Source: Bacteroidales bacterium
GTDB lineage: Bacteria; Bacteroidota; Bacteroidia; Bacteroidales; JAUNSR01
DNA length: 64,000 nt
Direction: 5' to 3'
Assembly (NCBI GenBank): GCA_030539115.1
Contig: JAUNSR010000003.1
Coordinates: 25,359 to 89,358, forward strand
The notes below the pieces were generated by a model, which saw only the letters and a program-made list of their open reading frames with translations, did not search any database and was not told where the DNA came from. The translations under genes were made by a program, and so were the position numbers. Of the stretch, positions 19,020 through 28,648 are shown in pieces (the stretch's first letter is position 1; each line of letters opens with the position of its first letter).

Positions 19020-20867
19020 CTAATCCTCCATAATTTTTGTTATAGCCTCTTCAATATCCTTAACTTGGAAAGGCTGTCCCTGAACCCTGTTAAACTGATG
19101 AATCATTCTGCCCTCAACTTTTGAACGTAAGTAAGATGCAAACTGGCCATTGTTTAGTTCACAGACAATAATCTTTGGATATTTATTTAATATCTCCTGA
19201 GTATTCTTCGGAAGTGGATTTATATAATTAAAATGAACATATGCCACAGCCTTATTCTGATTATTCAATGATTCAACTGCAGAATAAATATGACCGTATG
19301 TTCCTCCCCATCCAATAACCAAAGTATCGGAATCCGGATTGCCTAAAACATTTAATAGAGGTATATCATTGGCAATGGCATCAATTTTCGCCTGACGTGT
19401 GTCAGTCATTATTTGATGGTTTTCAGGATTTGTAGATATAGCACTTGTATTATAATCTTTTTCCAACCCTCCCAAGCGATGCATAAAGCCTTCCATACCA
19501 GGAATAGCCTTATATCTTACATTATTCTCGGGATTTCTCTTATAAGGGCGCCATCCGTCCTTTATTTCTTCACTCACCCAAGGAGATTTAATCTCCGGAT
19601 AAGATGATATATCAGGTATTCTCCATGCAGAAGAGCCATTTCCAATAAAGGCATCTGTAAGAAGAATTACCGGGGTCATATGTTCGAGCGCTATTTTGCA
19701 AGCATTAAATGACATATCAAAACAATCGGTTGGTGTTGATGCCGCAACAACTACAGCGGGACATTCACCATTTCTTCCATATAAAGCCTGAAGAAGATCT
19801 GTCTGTTCCGTCTTTGTTGGAAGTCCTGTTGAGGGTCCTCCCCTTTGAACATCAATTACCACTAAAGGAATTTCAGCCATAACAGCAAGACCTATGGCTT
19901 CACTCTTCAAAGCAAGACCCGGTCCTGATGTGGATGTAGCAGCAAGGTTGCCTGCAAAAGATGCACCAATGGCAGTACAAACTCCCGCTATCTCATCTTC
20001 AGCTTGAACCGTCTTTACGCCAAGTTCCTTTCTTTTAGCCAGTTCATGAAGTATGTCCGTTGCGGGAGTTATAGGATAACTTCCAAGAAAAAGTGGGCGT
20101 CCGCTTTTTTCCGATGCTGCAATCAAGCCGTAAGCTGTGGCTTTATTGCCGTTAATATCCATATATACTCCTTTTTGAGCATCATCTTTTTCTATTCTAT
20201 AGGTTGACACTCCGGCATGGATGTTATTTCCATAGTTGTATCCATCGGTAAGAACTTTAATGTTTGCTTCAAGAACAGATGGTTTTTTCCCAAATTTATT
20301 CTTAAGCATATCCATGGCATGTTCCAAAGGACGGTTAAAAAGCCAGCAAATAAGTCCTAAAGCAAACATATTCTTGCTTCTTAACATAGCCTTATTATCC
20401 ATTCCCATATCTGCCAATGAGCTTTTGACCATTGTCTCCATCGGAACACCTACCAACTGAACATTTTTTAATCCTAATTCTTCAAATGGATTTAGTGTTT
20501 TATAGTCCGCTTTCTTTAAATCAGTTTCTGTAAAGCTGTCTTCATCAAACAAAATTACAGTATTTGATTTTACATATTTTGAATTTGTTTTTAATGCAGC
20601 CGGATTCATTGCTACAAGAACATCACATTTATCACCAGGTGTATAAATATTTTTACCTAAATGAACCTGGAAACCCGAAACACCACCCAATGTACCTTGC
20701 GGAGCACGAATTTCTGCCGGATAATCCGGGAAAGTGGAAATTTCATTTCCAAACACTGCAGACAAATTAGAAAATATCGTTCCGGCAAGCTGCATTCCAT
20801 CTCCGGAATCGCCAGAAAAACGAATTACGACTTTTTCTGCATCAATAATCTTTGTTTTTTCAGACAT
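19020..20867 (-). CDS. korA: 2-oxoacid:ferredoxin oxidoreductase alpha subunit (fused alpha/gamma)
   Basis: 615 aa. The N-terminal gamma-like region (RFSGDSGDGMQLAG) and pyruvate-flavodoxin/ferredoxin oxidoreductase core are typical of Bacteroidota KorA. Confidence 0.85.
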   Translation of the reverse strand: MSEKTKIIDAEKVVIRFSGDSGDGMQLAGTIFSNLSAVFGNEISTFPDYPAEIRAPQGTLGGVSGFQVHLGKNIYTPGDKCDVLVAMNPAALKTNSKYVKSNTVILFDEDSFTETDLKKADYKTLNPFEELGLKNVQLVGVPMETMVKSSLADMGMDNKAMLRSKNMFALGLICWLFNRPLEHAMDMLKNKFGKKPSVLEANIKVLTDGYNYGNNIHAGVSTYRIEKDDAQKGVYMDINGNKATAYGLIAASEKSGRPLFLGSYPITPATDILHELAKRKELGVKTVQAEDEIAGVCTAIGASFAGNLAATSTSGPGLALKSEAIGLAVMAEIPLVVIDVQRGGPSTGLPTKTEQTDLLQALYGRNGECPAVVVAASTPTDCFDMSFNACKIALEHMTPVILLTDAFIGNGSSAWRIPDISSYPEIKSPWVSEEIKDGWRPYKRNPENNVRYKAIPGMEGFMHRLGGLEKDYNTSAISTNPENHQIMTDTRQAKIDAIANDIPLLNVLGNPDSDTLVIGWGGTYGHIYSAVESLNNQNKAVAYVHFNYINPLPKNTQEILNKYPKIIVCELNNGQFASYLRSKVEGRMIHQFNRVQGQPFQVKDIEEAITKIMED

Positions 20868-21149
20868 AGGAATTGCGATTTAAACTATAAGATTTGTAAC
20901 ACTTTATAAGCTTTTCTTTTTTATTGGGCGAAAATTACTGTAAAACAATCTAAAAAGAAAACATTATGTAATAAAAATTTATTTTTATTGATAAAAGCTA
21001 CTATTAATTGCATATTGTTGCAATTATTTATGAAATCAATGCTGCTTTATATCAATTTTTATTCATTTTATCATTAATCCATTACTGTTTTAATGATAAA
21101 GAATTGAATATTCTTGTTAATGGTAACTATTAAAAAATAATAAATTATT

Positions 21150-22364
21150 CTATTGAAAAGGTGCAAGAAACAACATTATATCGCTCCAAGGTAAATTAAA
21201 ATGCTCACCAACAAATTTATTTACAATCTTCCCGTTATATATATATACTCCGTTTCTAAAGTTCCTCTCTTTTCTCATATGGTCATTTATATTCCCTGAA
21301 TCTGCTATTTTTATCAACAGAGGCAGGCAATGATTGCTTAAAGCTATGGATGTGGTTCTTGCCACCCTTGAACTAATGTTCGGAATGCAATAATGTATTA
21401 CTCCGCACTGTTCATAGAGAGTCTCTTTCATTGAATCAGGACAGACAGAAGTTTCAAAGCAACCACCTTGGTCAATACTTAAATCGATTATCAGAGCACC
21501 TTTCTTCATATTTGCTATCATATCTTCCGATACAATAAATTTTTTTTCCCCATTTTCAAATCTAAGAGTACCAATAACAATATCTGCAGACTTAAAAGCA
21601 TTTATCAAAACGTTCGGATGAAGAGTTGATGTGAATGTCGATGGAGAAACAAAAGTTTGTATTTCTCTAAGCAAATCAATATTATTGTCAAATACCTTAA
21701 CTAAAGCGCCCAAAGCATCGGCAGTTCTTGCCGCCTCTCTTCCCGCTCTCCCTGCTCCAATGATTACTATTTCCGTAGGAGTAACTCCCGGACATCCCCC
21801 AAGCAAAATTCCTTTTCCGCCATTGGTATTAGTCAGAAGTTCTGCCGCCAGCACAATTGCCGTCTTACCTTCAATTTCAAGTATTGAATTAATTATAGAA
21901 TGCTTATTTTGTGAGTCTGATATTAGTTCAAGAGAAACTGCATTTATTCTCTTTTCTGTGATTTTCTCAAGTGCTTCTTTTGAGAACATAGAAAGCTGCA
22001 GGAAAGAAAGAAATGTAGATTTGTTTTTCATCATTTTCACCTCGTTTGCACTTGGTGGAGCAATTTTAATAACGATATCACACTGCCAAATTTCTGCAAT
22101 ATCTTCACAAACCAAGGCTCCTGCCTCACTGTAAGCCAGATCCGAATAAAAGACATATTCTCCTACTCCTTTTTCAATAAAAATTTTGTGACCCATTGAA
22201 GTCAATATTTTCACTGATTCGGGAGTTAAAGGCACTCTTCTTTCAAACTCTCCATTTTCTTTAGGGATTCCAATGGTTAAGAAAGAATTTTTCTCCTCCT
22301 TAATATACAATTTTTCCTGTGGAACAATCGATTCTGAAGCGAAAGTCATAAGTGTCTTTTTCAT
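21150..22364 (-). CDS. AlaDH/PNT-family NAD(P)-dependent dehydrogenase (alanine dehydrogenase-like)
   Basis: IGIPKENGEFERRVPLTPESV N-terminal domain and Rossmann motif VIIGAGRAGREAA. Confidence 0.7.
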   Translation of the reverse strand: MKKTLMTFASESIVPQEKLYIKEEKNSFLTIGIPKENGEFERRVPLTPESVKILTSMGHKIFIEKGVGEYVFYSDLAYSEAGALVCEDIAEIWQCDIVIKIAPPSANEVKMMKNKSTFLSFLQLSMFSKEALEKITEKRINAVSLELISDSQNKHSIINSILEIEGKTAIVLAAELLTNTNGGKGILLGGCPGVTPTEIVIIGAGRAGREAARTADALGALVKVFDNNIDLLREIQTFVSPSTFTSTLHPNVLINAFKSADIVIGTLRFENGEKKFIVSEDMIANMKKGALIIDLSIDQGGCFETSVCPDSMKETLYEQCGVIHYCIPNISSRVARTTSIALSNHCLPLLIKIADSGNINDHMRKERNFRNGVYIYNGKIVNKFVGEHFNLPWSDIMLFLAPFQ

Positions 22365-22574
22365 TTGTATATATTTTATTTTCCTAACCGTTACCTCTAA
22401 GGTACAAATGCGCCATTTATATACCTTTTGTGGGGTATCTCTTCTTTTGGTGAGTTATGGCGGTTTCATTTGTATATATTTTATTTTCCTAACCGTTACC
22501 TCTAAGGTACAAATGCGCCATTTATATACCTTTTTGGGGGCATCTCATCTTTTGGTGAGTTATGGCGTTTTCAT
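22362..22574 (-). repeat. start-codon-abutting repeat, copies C1 and C2 (tandem doublet, 105-bp period)
   Basis: CAT (ATG on the gene strand) recurs at 22362-64, 22467-69 and 22572-74. The two units are near-identical to each other and roughly nine-tenths identical by eye to the units at 26193. Confidence 0.95.
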
Positions 22575-22686
22575 TTCATTCTTTAATTTATTTAATTAAA
22601 GCATTTATATGCCAATACAAAAAGCGTTTGTAAAGGTTATATCAGGTAATAATTTAAAGCATGGTCATTTATTAAAGATTGGAATA

Positions 22687-23220
22687 TCAATCGTAATCTT
22701 TAAGCAATGAACAGAGTTTGTTTGTTGCAGCCTCGATTTGTTTATAATCGTCCAACTCGTTTGCATCAAAAATCAATTTTGCCGCCTCATAGGCTGATTC
22801 TCTTTTGTTAAGGTTCTCCTCTATAAAAGAATACAATTCCTCATCAGTTTTATCCTTCAATATTGGTCGGCTTGCTTTTGCTATCTTAAGTCTCTTAAAA
22901 AGCACAGGCACACCGGTCTTCAGATATATCGTTACACCTTGTTGATTCATATACTCCTTGTTGTCAAAAAAACAAGGCACTCCTCCTCCCGTTGCAATTA
23001 CCACATCTTCAAACTCACCAACCTCATGAAGGGCTTTTCTTTCAATCTCTCTAAATCCATCTTCGCCCTTTTCTTGGAAGATTTCATTAATGGTTTTTCT
23101 GTAGCGGCTCTCTATATATAAATCAAGGTCAATGAATGAAAGCTCCATTTTTTGAGAAATAAACTTTCCCAATGTTGTCTTTCCTGCCCCCATATAACCT
23201 ATAAGAAAATATCTTTTCAT
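22687..23220 (-). CDS. aroK: shikimate kinase
   Basis: P-loop LIGYMGAGKTTLGK, ~177 aa, and GGG motif ATGGGVP. Confidence 0.9.
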   Translation of the reverse strand: MKRYFLIGYMGAGKTTLGKFISQKMELSFIDLDLYIESRYRKTINEIFQEKGEDGFREIERKALHEVGEFEDVVIATGGGVPCFFDNKEYMNQQGVTIYLKTGVPVLFKRLKIAKASRPILKDKTDEELYSFIEENLNKRESAYEAAKLIFDANELDDYKQIEAATNKLCSLLKDYD

Positions 23221-23806
23221 TTATTATAAATATGTTTTTTACATCAGGATATAAATATGACATTTATAAACCTTCTATCTTTTATCTCCACTTTTATTTG
23301 CTAATGCAATATCTATTAGCCACTTGGGTAAAACTAAGGTTGTAAATATGGCATCATAAATAGGCAATATTTTCAATAAAACTAAAGCATTACAATTTAA
23401 GCTGCAATAATAAATCTTTTAAATATCTATGGTTTGTATTTTGTTTAACCTTCAGATGAAATACTACCGAGATTAATAAATATGCATTTATTATTTATTT
23501 TAGCAAATTTCTAATTTTTTTTAGCTGCCCAACAATATTTACCCTCTTTTAACATCTAAATAAACTGTTTGTTTCAAATTTCATAAAATCCGAATGTCCC
23601 GATATCCCTTTGATAATAATTTTCAATATATGTGAACAGAATAATAAACAGTGACATTTATAAAACTCTTGATATAAATATAAACTTTGATGATGCGCCA
23701 TAAAAGAGGTATGAAATTTTTCTGACCAATAAATTAAATTATTCTTTGAGGATAAACTATATACCTGTTTGTTCCATTCTTATTATTAAATTTGTCAAAA
23801 CAAAAA

Positions 23807-24451
23807 ATGTATTCTATGGCTAATTCTAAATATTACGTTGTTTGGGAGGGCTTTGCTCCCGGAGTTTATGATTCATGGGAGGAGTGCAGGCAGCAAATAG
23901 AGGGATATAAGAATGCCAAATACAAAAGCTTTTCAACAAAGGAAAAAGCCGTCGATGCTTTCCGTGCCGATTATTCCGAGCACATCGGCATTCTTGACGG
24001 TGTTGCCAAAGCTCTTTCGGCTACTGCTCCCGTCAAATCAAACTACATCATCGAATCGCTTGCTGTTGATGCCGCATGCAGTGGAAATCCCGGGAAAATG
24101 GAGTATAGAGGTGTTTATGTCCGTACAGGTGAAGAGATTTTTCGAATAGGTCCTTTAGATGACGGCACAAACAATATAGGAGAATTTCTTGCTATTGTGC
24201 ACGGCATATCGCTTCTAAAACAAAAAAATATTTTACTTCCAATCTATTCTGACAGTGTAAATGCAATGTTGTGGGTAAAAAACAAGAAATGCAGAACAAA
24301 ACTGGAAAAAACGCCTCGCAATCAAAAAATATTTGAAATGATTGAACGCGCCGAAAAATGGCTTGAAAACAACACCTATTCAACAAAGATAATGAAATGG
24401 GAAACCAAGCAATGGGGTGAAATTCCCGCTGATTTCGGAAGAAAGAAATAA
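23807..24451 (+). CDS. rnhA: ribonuclease HI with N-terminal hybrid-binding (viroplasmin-like) domain
   Basis: KYYVVWEGFAPGVYDSWEEC..YKSF followed by an RNase H core (VDAACSGNPG..EYRG, NNIGEFLA, IYSDS). The track start at 23792 is TTG; the first ATG is at 23807, with another at 23816. Confidence 0.85.
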   Translation: MYSMANSKYYVVWEGFAPGVYDSWEECRQQIEGYKNAKYKSFSTKEKAVDAFRADYSEHIGILDGVAKALSATAPVKSNYIIESLAVDAACSGNPGKMEYRGVYVRTGEEIFRIGPLDDGTNNIGEFLAIVHGISLLKQKNILLPIYSDSVNAMLWVKNKKCRTKLEKTPRNQKIFEMIERAEKWLENNTYSTKIMKWETKQWGEIPADFGRKK

Positions 24452-24491
24452 GGTTATAATGTTTATAAAGTTCGCTTAAAAAAAGATGTAT

Positions 24492-25217
24492 CTATTTAAG
24501 CGAACTTTTCATAAAATATTGTCTCTCCTCATCAGACAATTTCTCAATTGCATATCTCAATGATGTACGGGAAAGCCTTTTTTTGTTTTCTTCAAGATAA
24601 TCCAATAAAAGCTCCTTATCCTTTTTCCCAACTTCACGGAGCATCCATCCAACAGCTTTTCTTATTAAATCATGAGGATGAGATATTAATATATCACTAA
24701 GAGCAAGAGTGTCCTTATAATCATATTCCCTTATTATTGTCCAAGTGGAAACGATGGCTATCCTATTTTGCCACAAATTCTCACTCTTGGCATAGTCATA
24801 CAATATTGTCCTGTCTTTGTCTTTAAGCCAATATCCAAGAATCTTTGGAGCGGAAAGATCTACCAAATCCCAATTATTTGCCTTATGAGAATTTAAAAGG
24901 TAGAAATCAACTATCTCTTCTTGTTTTGAAATATTCTTTTTATTTTTAGAGTAAAGAGTAACAAGAATCAAAAAACCGCACAGTCTAACTTCATGATAAG
25001 GGCTGTCAATCAACTTTTGGATCTCTTGAAAAGAAAGCCCCAATGATTCCTTTACCACCATCTTCACCTCCGGATTTTTTAGACCAAGAAAAATATCACC
25101 TTCGCCATACTCACCTTTTCCTGTTTTAAAAAATCGAGATAAAATCTTTGCCTTATTCTCATCGGCAAACATGCAAAGAGCCTCAATGACATCATCCGAT
25201 TTTAGATTCTCTTTCAT
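24492..25217 (-). CDS. DNA alkylation repair protein (AlkD-like HEAT-repeat)
   Basis: The NWDLVDLSAPKILG and AVGWMLREVGK motifs are typical of the PF08713 family. Confidence 0.75.
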   Translation of the reverse strand: MKENLKSDDVIEALCMFADENKAKILSRFFKTGKGEYGEGDIFLGLKNPEVKMVVKESLGLSFQEIQKLIDSPYHEVRLCGFLILVTLYSKNKKNISKQEEIVDFYLLNSHKANNWDLVDLSAPKILGYWLKDKDRTILYDYAKSENLWQNRIAIVSTWTIIREYDYKDTLALSDILISHPHDLIRKAVGWMLREVGKKDKELLLDYLEENKKRLSRTSLRYAIEKLSDEERQYFMKSSLK

Positions 25218-25235
25218 ATCAATAATTATTAAAAA

Positions 25236-26195
25236 TTAATTTACCCTTGTAATTTTACCCCCTTCAAAGAAATTTATTATGTTTTCCGAAACGCAGTAAG
25301 CCATTTCATTTCTTACATCAAAAGTTTGAGTACCGATATGAGGAGTTAATACCACATTGTCAAGTTCAAGCAGTTCATCGCTCACCTTATGTCCAAATTC
25401 AAAGACATCAAGTCCTGCTCCGTAAATAGTCTTATTCTTCAGAGCCTTGGCAAGAGCCGCCTCATCCACCAAAGGTCCACGAGCTGTATTGATAAGAATT
25501 GCCGTTTTCTTCATTTTCTCAAGCACTTTCTCATTGATAATATGATGAGTTTCATTTGTATGAGGTGCATTAATGGAAACGACATCAGAAGTCGTTATCA
25601 ATTCTTCAAAAGAAACATATCTTGCATTAAGAAGTTTTTCCTGCTCCTCGCTTATTGGCTTGTGATTATGATAAACAATCTTCATGCCCGAAGCAATCGC
25701 CCTTCTTGCCAATGCTTTTCCAATTCTTCCCATACCGAATATACCCAGCTGTTTTCCATATAGAGAATAGCCCAAGTTATCAAGTAAACCCCATTCTATT
25801 TTGCCTGGTATTCTTAAGTTTCTGTCACATTCGCTTATTCTCCTTGCAACAGAAAGCAAAAGCCCCATAGCCATATCGGCAGTGGGTTCAGTGACAGGGT
25901 CGGGTGTATTTGTAACCACAACACCCTTTTGAGTTGCATAGGGAATATCTATATTATCATATCCTACAGCATAGTTTGATACAATCTTTAGTTTTGTGGC
26001 TTTGTCTAAAAGATTCTTGTCTACCGGGAAATTATACATAGACTGAAGTGCATCATACTGGTCTATCACCTCCATAACCTCATCATAAGAAAAGCATTCT
26101 CTGTCAGCAGGCGGAAAAGTCACATCATATTTTTCAATAAGTTTGGAATATCCTTCACGAAACATATTATATGTTACAAGCACTCTCTTTTTCAT
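25236..26195 (-). CDS. D-isomer-specific 2-hydroxyacid dehydrogenase (glyoxylate/hydroxypyruvate reductase-like)
   Basis: Rossmann motif GIFGMGRIGKALA and the catalytic region NTARGPLVDE..TPHIG. Confidence 0.85.
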   Translation of the reverse strand: MKKRVLVTYNMFREGYSKLIEKYDVTFPPADRECFSYDEVMEVIDQYDALQSMYNFPVDKNLLDKATKLKIVSNYAVGYDNIDIPYATQKGVVVTNTPDPVTEPTADMAMGLLLSVARRISECDRNLRIPGKIEWGLLDNLGYSLYGKQLGIFGMGRIGKALARRAIASGMKIVYHNHKPISEEQEKLLNARYVSFEELITTSDVVSINAPHTNETHHIINEKVLEKMKKTAILINTARGPLVDEAALAKALKNKTIYGAGLDVFEFGHKVSDELLELDNVVLTPHIGTQTFDVRNEMAYCVSENIINFFEGGKITRVN

Positions 26196-26405
26196 TTGTA
26201 TATAATTTAATTTACTAACCGTTACCTCTAAGGTACAAATGCGCCATTTATATACCTTTTGTAAGGTATCTCATTTTTAGGTGAGTTATGGCGATTTCAT
26301 TTGTATATAATTTAATTTACTAACCGTTACCTCTAAGGTACAAATGCGCCATTTATATACCTTTTGTGGGGTATCTCATTTTTAGGTGAGTTATGGCGAT
26401 TTCAT
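26193..26405 (-). repeat. start-codon-abutting repeat, copies D1 and D2 (tandem doublet, 105-bp period)
   Basis: CAT recurs at 26193-95, 26298-300 and 26403-05. I see only two differences between the units (GTAAGG vs GTGGGG). Confidence 0.95.
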
Positions 26406-26709
26406 TTACAGTTTATTTAAGTTTTAAAAATAAGGTAAATCAGTTTTCTCAACAAGACTTACTGTGTCTGCCAAGCACAACAATCAGCCATAAAACCAAA
26501 TTAAAGATTGATGTATCTTCAATTATATGGCAAAGCTAAAATATTTATAAAAAACAAATAAGCTATATGGTGAATATATTTATCCAAAAAAATGAATCAT
26601 TTTGAATGATGGTATTAAAAATTATAATTTTAACATTTTATCAACAATTAATTTATCATTTCATGCTTAATAAGTATATTTAAAATCATTTTAACAATAT
26701 GCTTAAATT

Positions 26710-27942
26710 ATGGTTTTAAATTATATTTGGATAGGCTTCTTCTTAATTGCTTTTATTATAGCTGTTGCAGCAAGCATTTTCTCAGGAAACATCAATATAT
26801 GGTCTGAAATAATGAATTCCACATTCTCGTCGGCAAAAACAGCCTTTGAAATATCGTTGGGGCTAACCGGAGTGCTCTCTCTTTGGCTTGGTCTAATGAA
26901 AGTTGGCGAAAAAGGCGGCGTAATAAGTCTTTTTTCAAAATTTGTTTCCCCTCTTTTTAGGAAAATATTCCCGGGCATTCCGGAAAACAACCCAGCCACA
27001 GGTGCAATTTTTATGAACCTTTCCGCAAACATGCTCGGTCTTGACAACGCTGCAACTCCTTTGGGATTAAAAGCCATGCAGGAGATGCAGAACATCAATC
27101 CCGATAAAACCACTGCAAGCGATCCGATGATTATGTTTCTTGTGCTGAATACTTCAGGGCTCACCATAATTCCAATAAGCGTTATGATGTATCGCGCCCA
27201 GCTTGGGGCAATGAATCCTTCTGATGTTTTTCTTCCAATATTAATTGCGACATTTATGTCCACTCTTGCAGGACTTCTCATTTGTTGTATAAGACAAAAG
27301 ATCAACATTTTTGATAAAGTTATTATTGGCTCTATTGGAACTCTTTGCGCTGTGATCGGAGCAATAATATTTGCCGTGAGCCGAATGGATCAGCAGACCA
27401 TAACAACCTACTCCTCCTTAATTTCCAATGCTATCCTTTTCACAATAATCTGCGGGTTTATTTTTGCAGGTGTAAAAAAGAGGATAAACGTTTACAATGC
27501 CTTTATTGAGGGAGCCAAAGAGGGATTTCAGACTGCAGTAACTATTATTCCCTATTTGGTTGCTGTGTTGGTTGGAGTTGGCGTCTTCCGCGCCTCCGGA
27601 GCTATGGATTTTATGACAGACACCTTTGCTTATATTTTCAGCGCCATTGGAATCCCCGCTGATTTTGTCGGAGCTTTGCCTACTGCCTTTATGAAGCCTC
27701 TTAGTGGCAGTGGTGCAAGGGGTATGATGGTCGATGCGATCAACACCTATGGAGCAGACTCATTTGTAGCTCGAGTGTCGTCAACTATACAGGGAGCTAC
27801 TGATACCACATTCTATATAGTTGCTCTATATTTCGGCAGCGTGGGTATTTCAAAGACAAGATATGCGGTTAGTGCAGGTTTAATTGCAGACTTTGTTGGA
27901 ATAATATCCGCTATTTTAGTTTCATATTTGTTTTTTGGATAA
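26710..27942 (+). CDS. nucleoside-recognition-domain membrane protein (SpmA/SpmB-like fusion)
   Basis: 410-aa polytopic membrane protein. MVLNYIWIGFFLIAF and MLGLDNAATPLGLKAM are typical of the spore-maturation/Gate-domain family. Confidence 0.7.
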   Translation: MVLNYIWIGFFLIAFIIAVAASIFSGNINIWSEIMNSTFSSAKTAFEISLGLTGVLSLWLGLMKVGEKGGVISLFSKFVSPLFRKIFPGIPENNPATGAIFMNLSANMLGLDNAATPLGLKAMQEMQNINPDKTTASDPMIMFLVLNTSGLTIIPISVMMYRAQLGAMNPSDVFLPILIATFMSTLAGLLICCIRQKINIFDKVIIGSIGTLCAVIGAIIFAVSRMDQQTITTYSSLISNAILFTIICGFIFAGVKKRINVYNAFIEGAKEGFQTAVTIIPYLVAVLVGVGVFRASGAMDFMTDTFAYIFSAIGIPADFVGALPTAFMKPLSGSGARGMMVDAINTYGADSFVARVSSTIQGATDTTFYIVALYFGSVGISKTRYAVSAGLIADFVGIISAILVSYLFFG

Positions 27943-27970
27943 CTTTGATATAAACTAAAATCTTAAGATT

Positions 27971-28405
27971 ATGGCTATAAATTTTTACGCACAGGATGTA
28001 ACTCTTCCAAATATAAAAAAGAATGAGACAAAAGAATGGATAAAAAAGGTCGCTCAAAAATATGATATGAAGGTTGGCGATGTTTCTTACATCTTTTGTA
28101 ATGACGAGAAAATTCTTGAAGTAAACAACGAATTTTTAAAGCATGACTACTATACAGATATTATAACTTTCGATTATACAGAAGGCAATAAAATAGGAGG
28201 TGATATCTTTATCAGCCTCGACACAGTGAAGAGCAATGCAGAACAATTTCAGCAGGAATATGATCAGGAAATACATCGTGTAATTATCCATGGCATTCTT
28301 CACCTTTGCGGCATAGACGATCAGTCTCCGGAACAAAGAGCCAATATGATCAGTAAGGAGAACGAAGCTCTCGAGCTTTTAAAAGAGATGACTCAGGAGA
28401 ATTAA
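27971..28405 (+). CDS. ybeY: rRNA maturation RNase YbeY
   Basis: Zinc motif HGILHLCGIDD in a 144-aa protein. Confidence 0.9.
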   Translation: MAINFYAQDVTLPNIKKNETKEWIKKVAQKYDMKVGDVSYIFCNDEKILEVNNEFLKHDYYTDIITFDYTEGNKIGGDIFISLDTVKSNAEQFQQEYDQEIHRVIIHGILHLCGIDDQSPEQRANMISKENEALELLKEMTQEN

Positions 28406-28648
28406 TATTCATCATTATCTGTTTAAAGGAATATATTATATATCCGTTTTTGCTTTTATTGCTGTTATTTAAATTTACCCGTTGCTTCACATATAAACCT
28501 TATTAAAACTAAAACCGTTTTCTTAATAGTCAATACAGCAATCTATTACTGACACTTTTTAATTTTACTTGTCGAACCTTTAATTTCGATTGTCAAAAAA
28601 ATTAAAATACTTAAGTTATTGTAAAATTTTATTATAATAAAGTTCAGT

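Noticed and set aside
21631-22134. 167-aa ORF antisense within the AlaDH/PNT-family gene. Similar long antisense or out-of-frame ORFs are at 2257..2751, 7508..7948, 14525..14950, 25389..25763, 26721..27308, 29739..30143 and 61188..61565.
   Set aside because: Each lies entirely inside a gene with strong family motifs on the other strand or frame, and shows low-complexity or Ser/Leu/Ile-rich composition. I treat them as shadow ORFs.
22362-22574. The tandem 105-bp units as a possible CRISPR array
   Set aside because: The units abut directly with no unique spacers, there are only two per locus, and no cas genes are present in the window.
22273-22599. 108-aa ORF antisense to the tandem 105-bp units (repeating ..FIFLTVTSKVQMRHLYTF..), and the similar ORF at 41950..42132
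   Set aside because: Because 105 bp equals 35 codons, an open frame propagates through tandem units. The same antisense frame is closed by stop codons in copies A, B and D, so coding potential is not conserved across the family.
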